A stretch of 58,644 nt of DNA from Octopus sinensis (GCF_006345805.1 NW_021833579.1:1-58644); one strand, 5' to 3'; shown: positions 12,553 to 25,933, counted from the first letter of the stretch. Notes: a model not told the origin generated them from the letters alone. Numbers and translations: made by a program.

Positions 12553-13520
12553 TAATAATAATAATAATAATAATAATAAAGATGATGATATTGATAACGA
12601 TTCTATCAACAATAAACACTAGTAATAATTTTAGTCGTATGTATGAAGTACTTATAAGTACTTGAAGATTGTTTTGTCATTTATCATCCTTTATGTATAT
12701 AGCCTTTAACAAAAGTAGTAAAAGTACTACTTTAACAAGCAAACTTAATAACAAATAGCCTTTTAGTAGTAAGTAGCCGTTAACAAAAAATATTTGAGCT
12801 TTTATTTATCTCATTTAATTCAGTTGCTTTTCTTTATCGATAAATTTCATGCTTTAATACAATTAGTAGATCATTGATTTTAAGACATCAATTTCATTTT
12901 TGTCATTTTGTAGGTCATTTTATTTGGCACTTGGCAACGAATTGTAACAATTAACTATTGCTAATATAGCGATAGTGTCTTCAGTAAGCCGCGAGCTGAA
13001 ACCTGTAGCCGTTGAGAAGTCCAGAAGACAAGATGCGATTGACAAGTAAAGACAATAGAAGCTAATAGATAGTGTCGGGAGCAACGAAGCATGATTGCAA
13101 ACAAATTCTTCTGCCATGTGAATAATTTCGACTGTTTCGGTTCTGACAGCCTGGCTGCCAACCAATGTGTGATAACACTAGCAAACCATTTCAGTATATG
13201 AATAATCATCCTTCACACAGAAAATTCCACTTTATCTAAAACAAAAAAAAAAGCAGCACCAATATAACATAGGAAAATGAACCCTGTTCTTTCGTCTGGA
13301 CTTTACGGGACCGGTCTTTCCAAATTAACACTAAACACATGATGAACTACTTTCGACTTATCCTTATATTATTATATTAGTGGGACTGTGTCAGTGACAA
13401 GGTTGTGGTTAGTGTGACGAAAATTTTGACTTGAAGTAATATTTGATTGTTTTGGAAGGATCCTGACCACCTCCACGTGACCAAAATTGGGCTGATGCAT
13501 TTCAATAAGAAACTGTCGGC

Positions 13521-15276
13521 AGTTCACACCGTTTTTCTCTGTTCGATTTAATCATTTTTGATCCCTGTTGATCATTCGTTGAAGATCTCCCGTAGGGGTG
13601 AACCTAATTGTTGAACCTCATTGTTGAATTGTTGACTGTTTTTTGCTGTGATTTTGTGTGAGTTTTCTTCCCCATTTATGGGTGAAGTGGGATAAGAAGG
13701 AAGAATGGAGTAAGAACCGGTTCCGGCCGGCAGCTGTGCTTCAGCCACTGGAATAAGTTTAACTTCAGATGTGTTGCAGTTTCGAGAGGTGAAGATGGAG
13801 CGGGGGAAGTTGAAGGAGTTCAACGGACTGGTTGAGAAGGAGGAAACCAGTTTGAAGTTGACCCATCCGCAAGATTTTACAGTAAGTGTAGCGAGGCGGA
13901 CAGTGGTGTATGGAACGCTGTCCACGTCAACGGGGAGAATTGAAGTGGCCACAGTGGAAGCCATGGAGGAGTGTTTGAAGGAGGTGAGGAGTCTCCCGAC
14001 ATTCTGTACCACAGGGAGAAGATGCAACACAGTGGAGGTGGGGTTCACTAATGAACAAGAAGCGATAAACCACTCCACTGCGGCGCTAAGGACACCAGAG
14101 GGGGAGCTTCTGCCGACTTACTGTGACAAGCGAATGGCCGGGATGGGGATTGGCAGAGTGCCTCCGGAGATAAGGAGGCGTGGCTGGTGGCAGCCATTAT
14201 GTATAATGTGGAGGAGGACGTAAAACTGTTGAAAGTAACGAGGACAAAAGAGGTAAACTGTTGGGGTGCGGCCTCGAAGTGGCCATTCAGGTCAGTTTAC
14301 AGTACTTGCATGGGATTGCGGAGAAGGTGATGCTGCTGGAGGACATGAGATTGAGGGTGTTGGTGGTGGTTGTGGTGGTGGTGGTGGTGGTGGTGGTGGA
14401 GGAGGAAGGACCTCCAACCTGTTACCAGTGTGGAGTGGAGGACACATGAGAGCAAGGTGACCCGGAATGACGATGAGGTGAGAAGAAACAGCAGCAGCAG
14501 AGCGACGAGCGGGAGCGGAATGCCGAAGTGACGACCCCAGTAAGTGAGAGGTGTCTGGGGGTGCCGAGGGAATATACGGTGGTGGATAGGAGGGAAAAGG
14601 GAAGGAAGACGTGGACTCACCGCCGGGGATCCGTTGAGGAAGGGGAGGGAAGGTAAGCAGGAGGAGGCACGACATGAGACTCCAGCAGCATCAGCGAGTA
14701 AGGCCAACGCGGGGAGTCAGGTGGGACTGCAAGAACAAGTGAATAGAGAGGAACCGAAAAGTGGATGGCATATGGTGACATATGCGAGGGGCATGGGGAT
14801 TGAGAGGAATATGGTGGAAATGAGGTCGGTAGTAGGAGTGGAGCTAGCAACGGAATATCATCCAGCGAGTGCCAGGGCAATTGTGGTTGACTGGGAGAGA
14901 TGTGCAAGACTGAGAGAATGGTTCGGAAATAGGATGGACCCAGCGGTAGAGCGCGTGGCGTTCGATGACTTGCTGCCAGTAATAGATTATAAGGACATAC
15001 TGCCTTACATAAAATGGTAAAAAATGTATGTAAATGTTTTCTAGGACTATAGTACAGATGCAAAAAGAAGAAGAAAAGAGAAATAAGGGAAAATGATATA
15101 AAAACGTTAGACTAAAACATTCAAATGATACTACTTGCGAGTGGGGAGCATTCAGCCATTTCATCTTCATTTATTATTGTTCATCTTTCATTCGTCCGTT
15201 CTGTGTTTTTTGTACCTACTGTGGTGTTCTGACTGTCCTTGGCTGTGTATAAGCCTGAGTGGTTTAATAAAGAAAA
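13521..15276 (+). mobile_element. ORF1/Gag-only retroelement, unit 1 (HAL1/Tx1-ORF1-like), decayed
   Basis: Broken ORF ~13678-15020 with GPPTCYQCGVE-GH knuckle, ending LPYIKW*; AATAAA at 15266 plus A-rich tail; colinear with unit 2. Confidence 0.75.
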
Positions 15277-17039
15277 AGTTAACAGCGTTTTTATTGTTGG
15301 TTTTGATTCATTTTGATCTCGGTTAGACGTAAGTCGTATTGTGCATTGTTACTGTTGAAGGTCTCCTGTAAGGCTGAACCTATATTGTAAATTGAATTCT
15401 TAAATATTGTTACTGTTTTTGCCTACGGGCTAGTGATTTTCGTGCTCTTCTTCCCCATTTTGGGGTGAAGTGGAAAAAAAGAATGGATTGGGAATTGCCG
15501 ACAGTTATGCGTCAGCAACTGGACGGGGTGTAGCAGCAGATGCGCTAGAGGTTCGTGAAGTGAAAATCGAACAGGAGAAATTAAAAGAATATAACAGGCT
15601 AATTTCAGAGGAAGGAACCAGTTTAAGGCTGACCCCACCAGAGGAATTAACAACCAGCATAGAAAAGAGAACAGTAGTTTACAGAACGTTCACGACAACT
15701 TCTAAGAAAATTGAAATTGCCACACTGGAAGTAATTGAAGAATGTCTCAAAGAAATCATGAACTTAACAACGTTTTACACAAGAGGAAGAAAATACGATA
15801 CAGTGGAGGTGAGCTTCGCTAACGAACAGGAAGCGATAAATCACTCCACTGTGTCGCTCAAAATGAGTATTCTTGCCGACTTACTGTGGCAAGAGAGTTG
15901 CTACAGTGAGAATAGGCAGTGCACCTCCGGAGATAAAAGAAGATGGCTGGTGGCAGCCGTGATACATAAAAAGGAAGAAGATGCCAATATTTTAAAGGTG
16001 ATGAGAACTAAAAAACTGAACTGCTGGGAATATGGCCTTGAAATGGCCATTCAAGTCGGACTGAAATATTTACATGAAATAACGGAAGAAGTAATTTTAC
16101 CGGACGACACAGGATTGAGAGTGGTGGTGGAGGGAAGACCACCAGCCTGTTATCAATGTGAAGAGAAAGGACACAAGGGAGCAAGGTGCTCCCAGATAGA
16201 CAACAAAAGTGAGGAAGAACAGGAAGAGAAGAATGCCGAACAAGAGCAGAGAGCCGAAGTGGCGACCCCCATGAAAGACAAATGCTCGGAGGAAGCAGAG
16301 GAGGCATTTACGGTAGTAACGAGGAAAAATGTGGAAGGTGTAAGCTCACCGCCGAAGAGTCCTTTAAAGAAAAGGAAGGAGCGTGGAACGGAAGGTGCAG
16401 ATTCTACACTGCTTGAGATTCCAATAGCAGCAACAACAAAGGAAACCATCAGAGAAAACCAAGTTCCATTGCTGGAACAAGCAACCCAAGAACAGGCAAA
16501 AAACAAGTAGCATATGGTGACATATTCAAAAAGCACTGAGATCGAAAGAAAAAATCACGAAATCCAGATCGGTGACAAGAGTGAAACTACCAGTGGAGCA
16601 TTACCCGGAAAGTACGAAGGCAATAGTGATAGATAGGGAAAGATGCAACAAGTTGAAGGAATGGTTCGGAAACAGGATGGACCCAATGGGTGCAAGAGTA
16701 GAATTCGACGACTTAACGCCAGTCATAGGCTATCAAGACTTATTACCATATATGAAATGGTAAACCGTAAGTAAATATTAAAATTCTAAAGGCTGTACAC
16801 AGGATGCTAAAAGAAAAAAGGAGAAAAAAAAAGAGAAAGAAAAATTGATTTAGAAAACTTTACATTAAAACATTAAAATGCTACTGCTTGAGAGTGGGGC
16901 TCAATGCAGCCATTTCATCCTCACTATTATTCATTCATCCCTCATACATTCGTTTTATGTTTTTGTCCCCACTGAGTGTTCTGTCTGCCTTTGTGCTGTT
17001 CCCTCTGTGTCATGGCATGTGTGCCAAATAAAAGAAATT
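15277..17039 (+). mobile_element. ORF1/Gag-only retroelement, unit 2
   Basis: Same 5' UTR, ORF and 3' UTR layout as unit 1; AATAAA at 17027 plus A-rich tail. Confidence 0.78.
15470..16763 (+). pseudogene. ORF1/Gag-like protein with CX2CX4HX4C zinc knuckle and conserved C-terminal domain
   Basis: SYA motif near the N-terminus; VVVEGRPPACYQCEEKGHKGARC; compensating frameshifts ~15865-15935; TAG at 16508 where unit 1 has TGG (W); ends LLPYMKW*. Confidence 0.75.
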
Positions 17040-17976
17040 AGTTGACAGCGAGCAGTTGACAGCGTTGTTCGTTCGTATCAGATTTATGTATTAGTTTAAT
17101 ATCATATCTACGTCTGGTGTAGTACAGAGCATGTTCTATGTAAACATAGTTTATTCAAGTTAACCATATCCAAATATTTATTTGGGTAATACTATTCTAC
17201 ACCCTTCTGCAAACCCCAAAGTCGTCATAATATTATTGGTGACGATGATGAGATATTCAAACCCACAACATAACAATGATTGAGTAATGTTAACAAAGTT
17301 TTGTGTTTTTGAATGGCTAATATATTTCTTCCACGCAGTCATATTGTCTTCATGAATATAAAGGTTATCATTGGCTACAGCAATAATAATGTAGGCGACT
17401 AGCTGTTACATATCAGGAATCAAAGGCCATCTAAAAGCTTTCTGCGCAAGATGTCTATAAGAACAAAAGCAAAATATTATAGAACTTATCCGTCCTAGGG
17501 GAACACCAGACAGAGTTTATGTGTCAGCAAAGGAACTTTCTTTCTTTCATTACCAGGAGCAAGCCGTGAAAACCAAAATTCTCTCTCCTAACTTCAACTA
17601 GCTAAGACAATGAGAGCTAAACGCGGCATCATGAGCAGCAACTAACACAAAACGGCCATGAATATATGAGTAGCTTCCTAAACAATATATTTTCAATAAA
17701 TGAATAATTTACATTATTTAACTTCAGATTTGAGTCTTTCGCTCTCTTTTCTTAAACGACAACAATACTAGAACGAACGGCAAAAAGAATTGTAAATAGC
17801 CACATGAAATCACGCTATCCTAGAGACAGAAACTGCTTAATTGACAAACAAGCTCTTGCTTACCTATCTCATGCAATCGGATTGCCACTCTCACTTACTC
17901 CTTCTCTCTCTCTCTCTTTCACTCGCGCTCTCTCACTATGCGTTCAAATATATATATATATGTGCATGTGTGTGTG

Positions 17977-18055
<79 letters not shown>

Positions 18056-18063
18056 TGTGTATA

Positions 18064-18499
18064 GGCGTAGGAGTGGCAGTGTGGTAAGTAGCTTGCTTAC
18101 GAACCACATGGTTTCCGGTTCAGTCCCACTGCGTGGCACCTTGGGCAAGTGTCTTCTACTATACCATCAGACGACCAAAGCCTTGTGAGTGGATATGGTA
18201 GACGGAAACTGAAAGAAGCCCGTAGTATATATGTATATATATATGTGTGTGTGTGTGTCTGTATGTGTCTGTGTGTGTGTGTGTATACGTTTGTGTGTCT
18301 GTGTTTGTTTCCCCAACATCGCTTGACAACCGATGCTGGTGTATTTACGCCCCCGTGACTTAGCGGTTCGGCAAAAGTGACCGATAGAATAAGTATTAAG
18401 CTTACAAAGAATAAGTCGATTTGCTCGACTAAAGGCGGTGTTCCAGTATGGCTACAGTCAAATAACTGAAACAAGTAGAAGAGTAAAAGAGTAAAAGAG
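18064..18499 (+). mobile_element. tRNA-derived SINE family 2, full length, with internal (TA)/(TG) tract
   Basis: tRNA-like head TGGCAGTGTGG...GGTTCAGTCCC, CORE-like GCACCTTGGGCAAGTG, (GTAAAAGA)n tail; about 10 copies in the window. Confidence 0.92.
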
Positions 18500-18621
18500 T
18501 ATGTGTGTATATATATATGCATATATATATAAATATACGTATATATATATATATATATATATAAATATATATATATACACATATCTGTTTATTATACATA
18601 TTTGTATATGTGTATGTATCG

Positions 18622-18940
18622 TGGCACTCCGTCGGTCACGACGACAAGAGTTCCAATTGATTCGATCAACTTTACAGCCTGCTCGTGGAATTTACGTGAA
18701 AGTTGCTGAACACACCACAGACCGCGTACCATTAACGTTGTTCTCAGGGAGATTCCACGTGAAACAAGATGTGACAAGGCTGGCCCTTTAAAATACGGGT
18801 ACTACTCATTTTTGCCAGCTGAGTGGTCAGCAGCAACATGAAATAGAATATCTTGATTAGGACACAACACATCGCCGAAAATCGAACTCGCGACCTTACG
18901 ATGGTGAGCTGAATACTCCTAACCACTAAGCCACGTGCCT
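18622..18940 (-). mobile_element. tRNA-derived SINE: head/core like 36490, tail like 53926
   Basis: Minus head GGCACGTGGCTTAGTGGTTAGG...GTTCGATT; CAGCTGGCAAAAATGAGTA core; tail ending CCGACGGAGTGCC. Confidence 0.85.
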
Positions 18941-19149
18941 AAATGTGTATATATATATATGATTACACATTTATATATATATATAGGTGTATGTATGTGT
19001 ATGTGCGTACATGTGTGCGTGCGTGCGTGTGTGTATGTATGTCATTATTCAGTTTATTTCAAGATTTCTTCCCAATAGAGAAAGAAGGTTCCTAACCTAG
19101 ATCCAAGGCTCCTTCAATGGGATTTCAGCATCAATAACAAGGTATTTTC

Positions 19150-19180
<31 letters not shown>

Positions 19181-19403
19181 TATGTGTGGGGAATGTATAT
19201 GAAATTATGTCTGTTACAAGCACAAATTCCTGAAACTCAAGGATGGAATTAGTCCATACCATCTATCCCAGTATATGGCAGGTACTTCATTCTATCGATC
19301 CTGGAGGGTGAAAATCAGTTAACCTTGTCATGTCGAATAACGCATGACATTTTTCAAAGAATTTAAAGTTTCCTAAACCACATTGTTGTTGTTGTTGTGT
19401 GAA

Positions 19404-19612
19404 GGCGGTGAGCTGGCAGAATCGTTAGCATACCGGGCGAAATGCTCAGTAGTATTTCGTCTACCGCTACGTGCTGAGTTCAAATTCCGTCGTGGTCGAC
19501 TTTGCCTTTAATCCTTTCGGGGTCAATAAATTAAGTACTAGTGAAACACTGGGATCGATATAATAGACTAGTCCCCTTTCTTCAAATTTGAGGCCCTGTG
19601 CCTCCAGTAGAA

Positions 19613-19613
<1 letters not shown>
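19404..19613 (+). mobile_element. SINE family 1, full length
   Basis: Matches family-1 consensus; followed by (ATT)n. Confidence 0.92.
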
Positions 19614-19667
<54 letters not shown>

Positions 19668-19713
19668 TATTATCATTATTATATTATTATTATTATCATT
19701 ATTATCATTATTA

Positions 19714-19757
<44 letters not shown>

Positions 19758-19828
19758 TATTATATTATTATTATTATTATTATTAATATTATTATTATTA
19801 TTATTATATTATTATTATCATCGTTATT

Positions 19829-19900
<72 letters not shown>

Positions 19901-19918
19901 TTTATTATCATGATTATT

Positions 19919-20155
19919 GCCTTTGCACAGCTTCTAACGCTGGAGATGTACTACGGTGTCAGCTGTTCACTACCAGTGAACTAAGGTAACACCTCTTATT
20001 TTTCGTGCATCTTCCGGAGTTTTCGAGCTGTTCCAAGCAGTGTTGTTTTCTCCAAGAGGTCCACCCTTATTGCAGCCCATATGTGTTCCACGCACTTTTG
20101 CTCACTGTTCCCAGGGCTCCGACAATTATTGGTACTACTGCTACCTTTTCATCGA
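19919..20155 (-). mobile_element. R4/Dong lineage A, 3' end fragment
   Basis: Reverse complement matches 10320-10564, including the terminus GCTGTGCAAAGGC followed by (AAT)n. Confidence 0.88.
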
Positions 20156-20277
20156 CGTTGACTTTGCCTCTCATCCCTTAGGCGTCAATAAATTAAGTAC
20201 CAGTGAAACACTGAGTTAGATGAAGTCGACTAGTCCCCTCCCCGCAAATTTAAGGCCTTGTGCCTATAGTAGAAAGT
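20156..20277 (+). mobile_element. SINE family 1, 3' half
   Basis: Family-1 core and tail. Confidence 0.8.
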
Positions 20278-20306
20278 ATTATTATTGATGTTGTTGTTGT
20301 TGTTAA

Positions 20307-20502
20307 GGCACAAGCTGGTTGAATCGCAAAATGATTTGTGGCATTTTGTCTGTTTTTCAGTTCTGTATTCAAATTCTGCCGAGGTTGACTTTGACATTCA
20401 TCATTTCGGGGTGCGTTAAATAAGTACCAGTTGCGCACTGGGGTCGATGTAATCGACTTAAACCCTTCCCCCAAATTTGAGACCTTGTGCTTCCAGTAGA
20501 AA
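20307..20502 (+). mobile_element. SINE family 1
   Basis: Family-1 consensus. Confidence 0.85.
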
Positions 20503-20523
20503 TGATTGCTATCATTATTATTA

Positions 20524-20599
<76 letters not shown>

Positions 20600-21144
20600 G
20601 AGTGAGGGAGCAGTGCATGCCATCAAAGTGACACTGAGGTAAAATATACGAAGCCCAGTATTCCCATCATGACTACCCGTCTGATAAGGGTAGAACAGGC
20701 ACATTACAACCATATGTGCACGACATGGTGATCTCATCTCAAGATAAACAGTGCACTACCTTGCAGGTGGGGCCAGTTAGAATTTTCTTCTGGTCGAGTA
20801 GCCCACCCCGCTCAAAAGATTCCTGAATAAGGATTGTTTAAGGATGTTGAACGAAACACCCATGTTTTCAGAGGTGAATTATTCAAACCCCAAAGAACCC
20901 CTCTCAACACATGACTATGATGCTCTCCCACCACTTCTGCTCGTGATCAGAGATGTACATATTGTCAGCCACTAAGGGACATGGTCAACTGGTTAAGGTC
21001 AAACAACTGACAAGCAGATCTGTGGTATTGAGCAGAATATTTGCTGTAGCCCATCTTTTACACCAAGTCAAAACAATGTACATGATAACACTTCCAATCA
21101 GATCAGAAGCCTTGAGAGCCACTGCCTGGTACTGCATCAGGGCA
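20600..21144 (-). mobile_element. ~550-bp non-coding (AAT)n-targeted retroposon, apparently full length
   Basis: Highly similar to 54967-55513, 47460-47924 and 54611-54945; sense 3' end CACTGCTC.CTCACTC followed by (AAT)n. Confidence 0.85.
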
Positions 21145-21155
21145 TATGGGGGCCC

Positions 21156-21202
<47 letters not shown>

Positions 21203-21218
21203 GTTGTTATTATTAATA

Positions 21219-21287
<69 letters not shown>

Positions 21288-21735
21288 CATCATCATCGTT
21301 ATTGTTGTTGTTGTTATAGTCAATTTTCTCATTTTATCTTTTCGTCTCCACAAAGACAACTGTGATTTATATTCCTTTACAGTATTAACCAAACACGACA
21401 CAGCATAATACATGGCGCAACTTTAAATTGGTTAACAGATGTTCACAAGTTTTCTCTTTTTCTAATTAAATTCTATGTCAACACTTCCACGTCAAATACA
21501 CGATTGCATGCACTCACTAATATTAACACCCCTGTAGCAAAAGACTAAAAAAAAACTAATACCTGTTCTTGATTGCAGAAGCAAATCTGATTTTAAAGGT
21601 AAAAAAGTTTGATCCAGTGATAACTACGTTATCATTAACACAATAACATTACCTTGATTCTTTAAAATGACAGTAACAACTTCTCTAACAAATACACACG
21701 CACATACAATTGCATACTTACATACATATACATGC

Positions 21736-21786
<51 letters not shown>

Positions 21787-21949
21787 AATACATACATATA
21801 CATATGCATATATATACACATATATACATACATCTATATGCATATATATATTCATATTTATATATATGTGTGTATGTATGTGTGTGCATGTATGTATATG
21901 TATATATATACTCACATGCATACCTATAAATATACGTATACATATATAT

Positions 21950-22026
<77 letters not shown>

Positions 22027-22556
22027 CATGTATGTGTCTACGCACCTATGTGTTTGTATGTATGTATGTATGTATGTATGTAAAAACATAGATGTATGTA
22101 TGTAAAGACACATCAAAGTAAACAGTTCAAAGAAAAAAAGGAACTCTGTACAGCAAAGTAAAGTAATTTAAAATTATTTATTTGAAGTTGAAATTTCACA
22201 AATGACAACTCTGAGTTTCACGTTTCCGATTCGTTGCAGATAATTGGAGTAAAACAAAATGATAACACTTCTACATGTATTGAGATAGTATACAATTTGA
22301 TTATGAAGTTAAAGACGCGAAGAAAAACAAGACAGTATAGGAGGAATAATTTTCCCCAGATACTTTAATAGTTTAATGCTTAAGCAGAGACGGGAAAGAC
22401 TTAACGTTCGGATGCAGGCGCTGCATGAGGTGGAAATTATAGAAGAAAGTAAATTAGTGTGGAAGGAGAACACTGGCAGAAAAAGAATAAAATACGGCGA
22501 GTGGCTAGAGAATAGGGATTTCTGTTTAATTTGAATACTCAGAGTACAGTTGGGAA

Positions 22557-22714
<158 letters not shown>

Positions 22715-22814
22715 GCATTCCCACATATATTATGTCTGTTATATCCAGCCAAGCAGCCTGGCAGCCAGCTAGTCAGCTATGCATCTATCTATCTATTTAT
22801 TATTATATACATAT

Positions 22815-22847
<33 letters not shown>

Positions 22848-22870
22848 TAATAATAATAATAATAATAATG

Positions 22871-22896
22871 GCTGCTCTCTCACTGCTCTCTCACTC

Positions 22897-22897
<1 letters not shown>
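22871..22897 (+). mobile_element. Extreme 3'-terminal stub of the 550-bp element, with internal duplication
   Basis: CTGCTCTCTCACTGCTCTCTCACTC inside (AAT)n. Confidence 0.6.
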
Positions 22898-22967
<70 letters not shown>

Positions 22968-23146
22968 GGATTCTTACGAAGTAGCGCTAGCATTAACTTT
23001 AATTCTTTTATATATATACAACTTCAAATCGACCTACACATCTTTCTACTGCTTCTAAATTCTTATCTTATGAGAATTATTATTGATTTATATGTTAACC
23101 GTTGAATAACCTATTTTGGATATATAACGTTTGGAGAAATCCCTTA

Positions 23147-23176
<30 letters not shown>

Positions 23177-23181
<5 letters not shown>

Positions 23182-23668
23182 GTGTGTTTATGACAAAGAT
23201 GCGAAGGCGAGCAGGAATGAGAAAAAAACTAACAACCAAAATGGATAAACGAATTTTGAGGTGCTTTGGCCACATGGAGAGGGTGGATGAGGAGCGAGTG
23301 GTAAGGAGGGTGATAAAGGCTGAAGTGGTAGGTAGCAGGACCAGGAGCTGGCCTCGGTTTGTGTGGATGCAGGGAGTGAGATAAGTTTTGGTGTTTAGAG
23401 GTGTTGGAGTGAGAGAGGCAAGATAGTTTATAAATGATAGGAAAACAAGGAATTTGATGCTGCTCAAAGCTGATACGGAACCAGCATGATGCGGCGGGGG
23501 TAACCCAGCATATGCTGTCGGGCCCCGCAGCTAATATTGGGGGTTGCATTCTATGTCTTGACCCGAGCATAGAACGGGGCTCGCCTCTTTGAGCTGGGAA
23601 AGGAATGAAATGCCTGGTATGTATCTTGTGGCTACCCCCTCCTTAAAAATGGTGAATAGGTCTGGGTA
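23177..23668 (+). mobile_element. RTE-clade LINE 3' fragment
   Basis: ILRCFGHMERVDEERVVRRV...VVGSRTRSWPRFVW matches the RTE C-terminal LRWFGH...RGRPR..W pattern; 3' UTR follows. Confidence 0.8.
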
Positions 23669-23688
23669 TATGTATTTATATATATATA

Positions 23689-24488
23689 CGTGGTCTGATT
23701 AATAAGTATCCGGACTGTTGTCATAGTAACGAAGCTAAAGCACGCAGAGTAAAACCGCTTGACACATATTGACCGTCAACTCTGCTGTACATGCGCACTA
23801 AGTTCTAACGTTCTAGCACACTTCCGCTGTTTACGGCAGTGCTTGGAAGGAATGTGTGTAACGTGTGGTCGTCGCATTGACAATGATAAAGCCAGTTAAG
23901 CAGAGGATCTGCATCAAAGTTTGCCAAAAACTTGGCGATACCTGCTCAGAGGCCTACGCAAAGTTTTCAAAACGATTTTATCGTACTCGACACAATCAAG
24001 GAGATCTCGTGCAACAGAAACCCGAATGTCCTTTTGGTCAGCTGAAAGCAGTTTTGGCACAAACTTGGCAGACACGCGTCTCATACCCAAATCTTCAGTG
24101 AAAATGGATTGAACTGAACCGTTACTAATCTGCACATCCTCTGATAACTCATTGATGGTGATTCGACGATTTTCTCTCACAGCTGCACGCACCTCTGCGA
24201 TGTTTTTCTCAGTTCTGCTGGTTGCGAGTCTCCCAAAACGTTTGTCACTATTCACATTTTTTGGCCATCTTGGAAACGTCTAAACCACTCGTACACTTGT
24301 GTGTAGCTCAAACACTCCTCTCCATACACTTTCTGCAACTTTGCGTAGGCCTCTGAGCGGGTATCACCGATAAAACTTAGTGTGCATGCACAACAGAAAT
24401 CACGGTCAATCTTTGCCAAACGGCTTTACTCTACATGCTTTATCTTCGTCACCACAGCAACAGTCCGGATATTATTGATCAGACCTCG
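23689..24488. mobile_element. Non-autonomous mariner derivative built from two inverted left ends
   Basis: TA-flanked TIRs CGWGGTCTGAT..ATAA; transposase N-terminus on both strands (QRICIKVCQKLG; RRITINELSE...FVPKLL); no DDD domain. Confidence 0.88.
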
Positions 24489-24560
24489 TATATATACAAC
24501 ACATACATACATACATACATACATACATACATACATACATACATACTACATAATACATAC

Positions 24561-24639
<79 letters not shown>

Positions 24640-24646
24640 ATATATA

Positions 24647-25908
24647 CGAGGGGCGTTCAATAAGTAATGCCCCTGACCCACTTCCCATAGCAGTAGAGCA
24701 CGACACTTGGCACAGTTATTAGTCTTTTCCTACATAGGAACTACCCAGAGTTATGCATTTCTCCCATCGTTTGATACAGCTCTGGAGACCGTTTTTGTAG
24801 AAGACCCAGCCTGGTCCTCCAACCACGACGTGACTTCAGAAATCAAGGCTGCATCATCTGGGAAACGCTTTCCTTTCCAAATCAACTTCATGGCTGGGAA
24901 GAGGTGAAAATCAGAGGGTGCAAGGGGAGGAGTTCATAGCTGCACGCCTGTGCTTCTGATCTGGCGACACGCGAGTTGTGGACCGGAGCGTTGTCCCGCA
25001 GGAGGAGGATGCCTTTGCTGATCTTGCCCCGCCTCTTGATTTTGATAGCTTCTCTTAATTTCCTCAAAAGTGAAGCATAATAGGCTCCTGTAATTGTGGT
25101 ACCCTTTGCCAGGAAATCTGTCATCACTACTCCGTCCTGGTCCCAGAAGACTGTGAGCATAACCTTGTCAGCGGAGGGCTGCACCCTTGCCTTCTTTGGA
25201 GGACGTGAGTCGCGGTGCTTTCACTGCATTGACTGGGCTTTGGTCTATGGATCATAGTGATGGACCCAGGTTTTATCCTGTGTGATCAGTCTTTTGAAAA
25301 ATTTTGACTCATCTTCTTGGCACATCTCCAAATTCATCCTCGAGCACTCAACGCGTTCTTGCTTCTGGAAAGGTGTGAGCAACCTGGAAATCCATCTGGC
25401 AGACACCTTTTGCATATGCAAATGGTCATGAATGATAGTTTCCACAGACCCGGTACTAATCTTGACCTTATGGGCTATTTGGCGAATAGTTATGCGTTGA
25501 CCTTCCAAAATGGCAGCCTCAACTTGACCGGACATACGTCTCATCAACGGCAGAAGGGGGCGACCAGATCTGGGAGCTGTTTCCACAGAGTTCCGACTAT
25601 GTTCGAATTCACAATGCCAGCGTTTTACAAGGTCATATGATGGGGCATCATCACCATAAGATACTTTCATTTCATCAAAAGTCTCCCGTGGTGTGCGTCC
25701 TTTCAAATACAAAAACCAGATCACTGCTCGACACTCAACAGGCTCCATTTCACACTTGACTCAGTTCAAACACCTGTAAACCACAATTAGTTCAGAGCTG
25801 TAATTCGCCACTTAATCTATAGATGTATAAATAAGTGCACATGCAAAATTTCAGCTAGATCAAACAACTGCATGTGGGTCAGGGGCATTACTTATTGAAC
25901 GCCCCTCG
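24647..25908 (-). mobile_element. mariner (DD34D) DNA transposon, near full length, frameshifted transposase
   Basis: Perfect TIRs CGAGGGGCGTTCAATAAGTAATGCCCCTGACCCA, TA flanks, transposase motifs WISRLL, TQDKTW, RDNAPVH. Confidence 0.96.
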
Positions 25909-25933
25909 TATATATATATATTATATATATACC

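Noticed and set aside
12920-13209. Non-repetitive minus-strand ORFs of 81-82 aa
   Set aside because: Non-ATG or weak starts, no recognisable motif and no convincing splice pair.
13521-17064. Telomeric role (HeT-A analogy) for the Gag-only array
   Set aside because: There are no (TTAGGG)n arrays or chromosome-end signs; the analogy is structural only.
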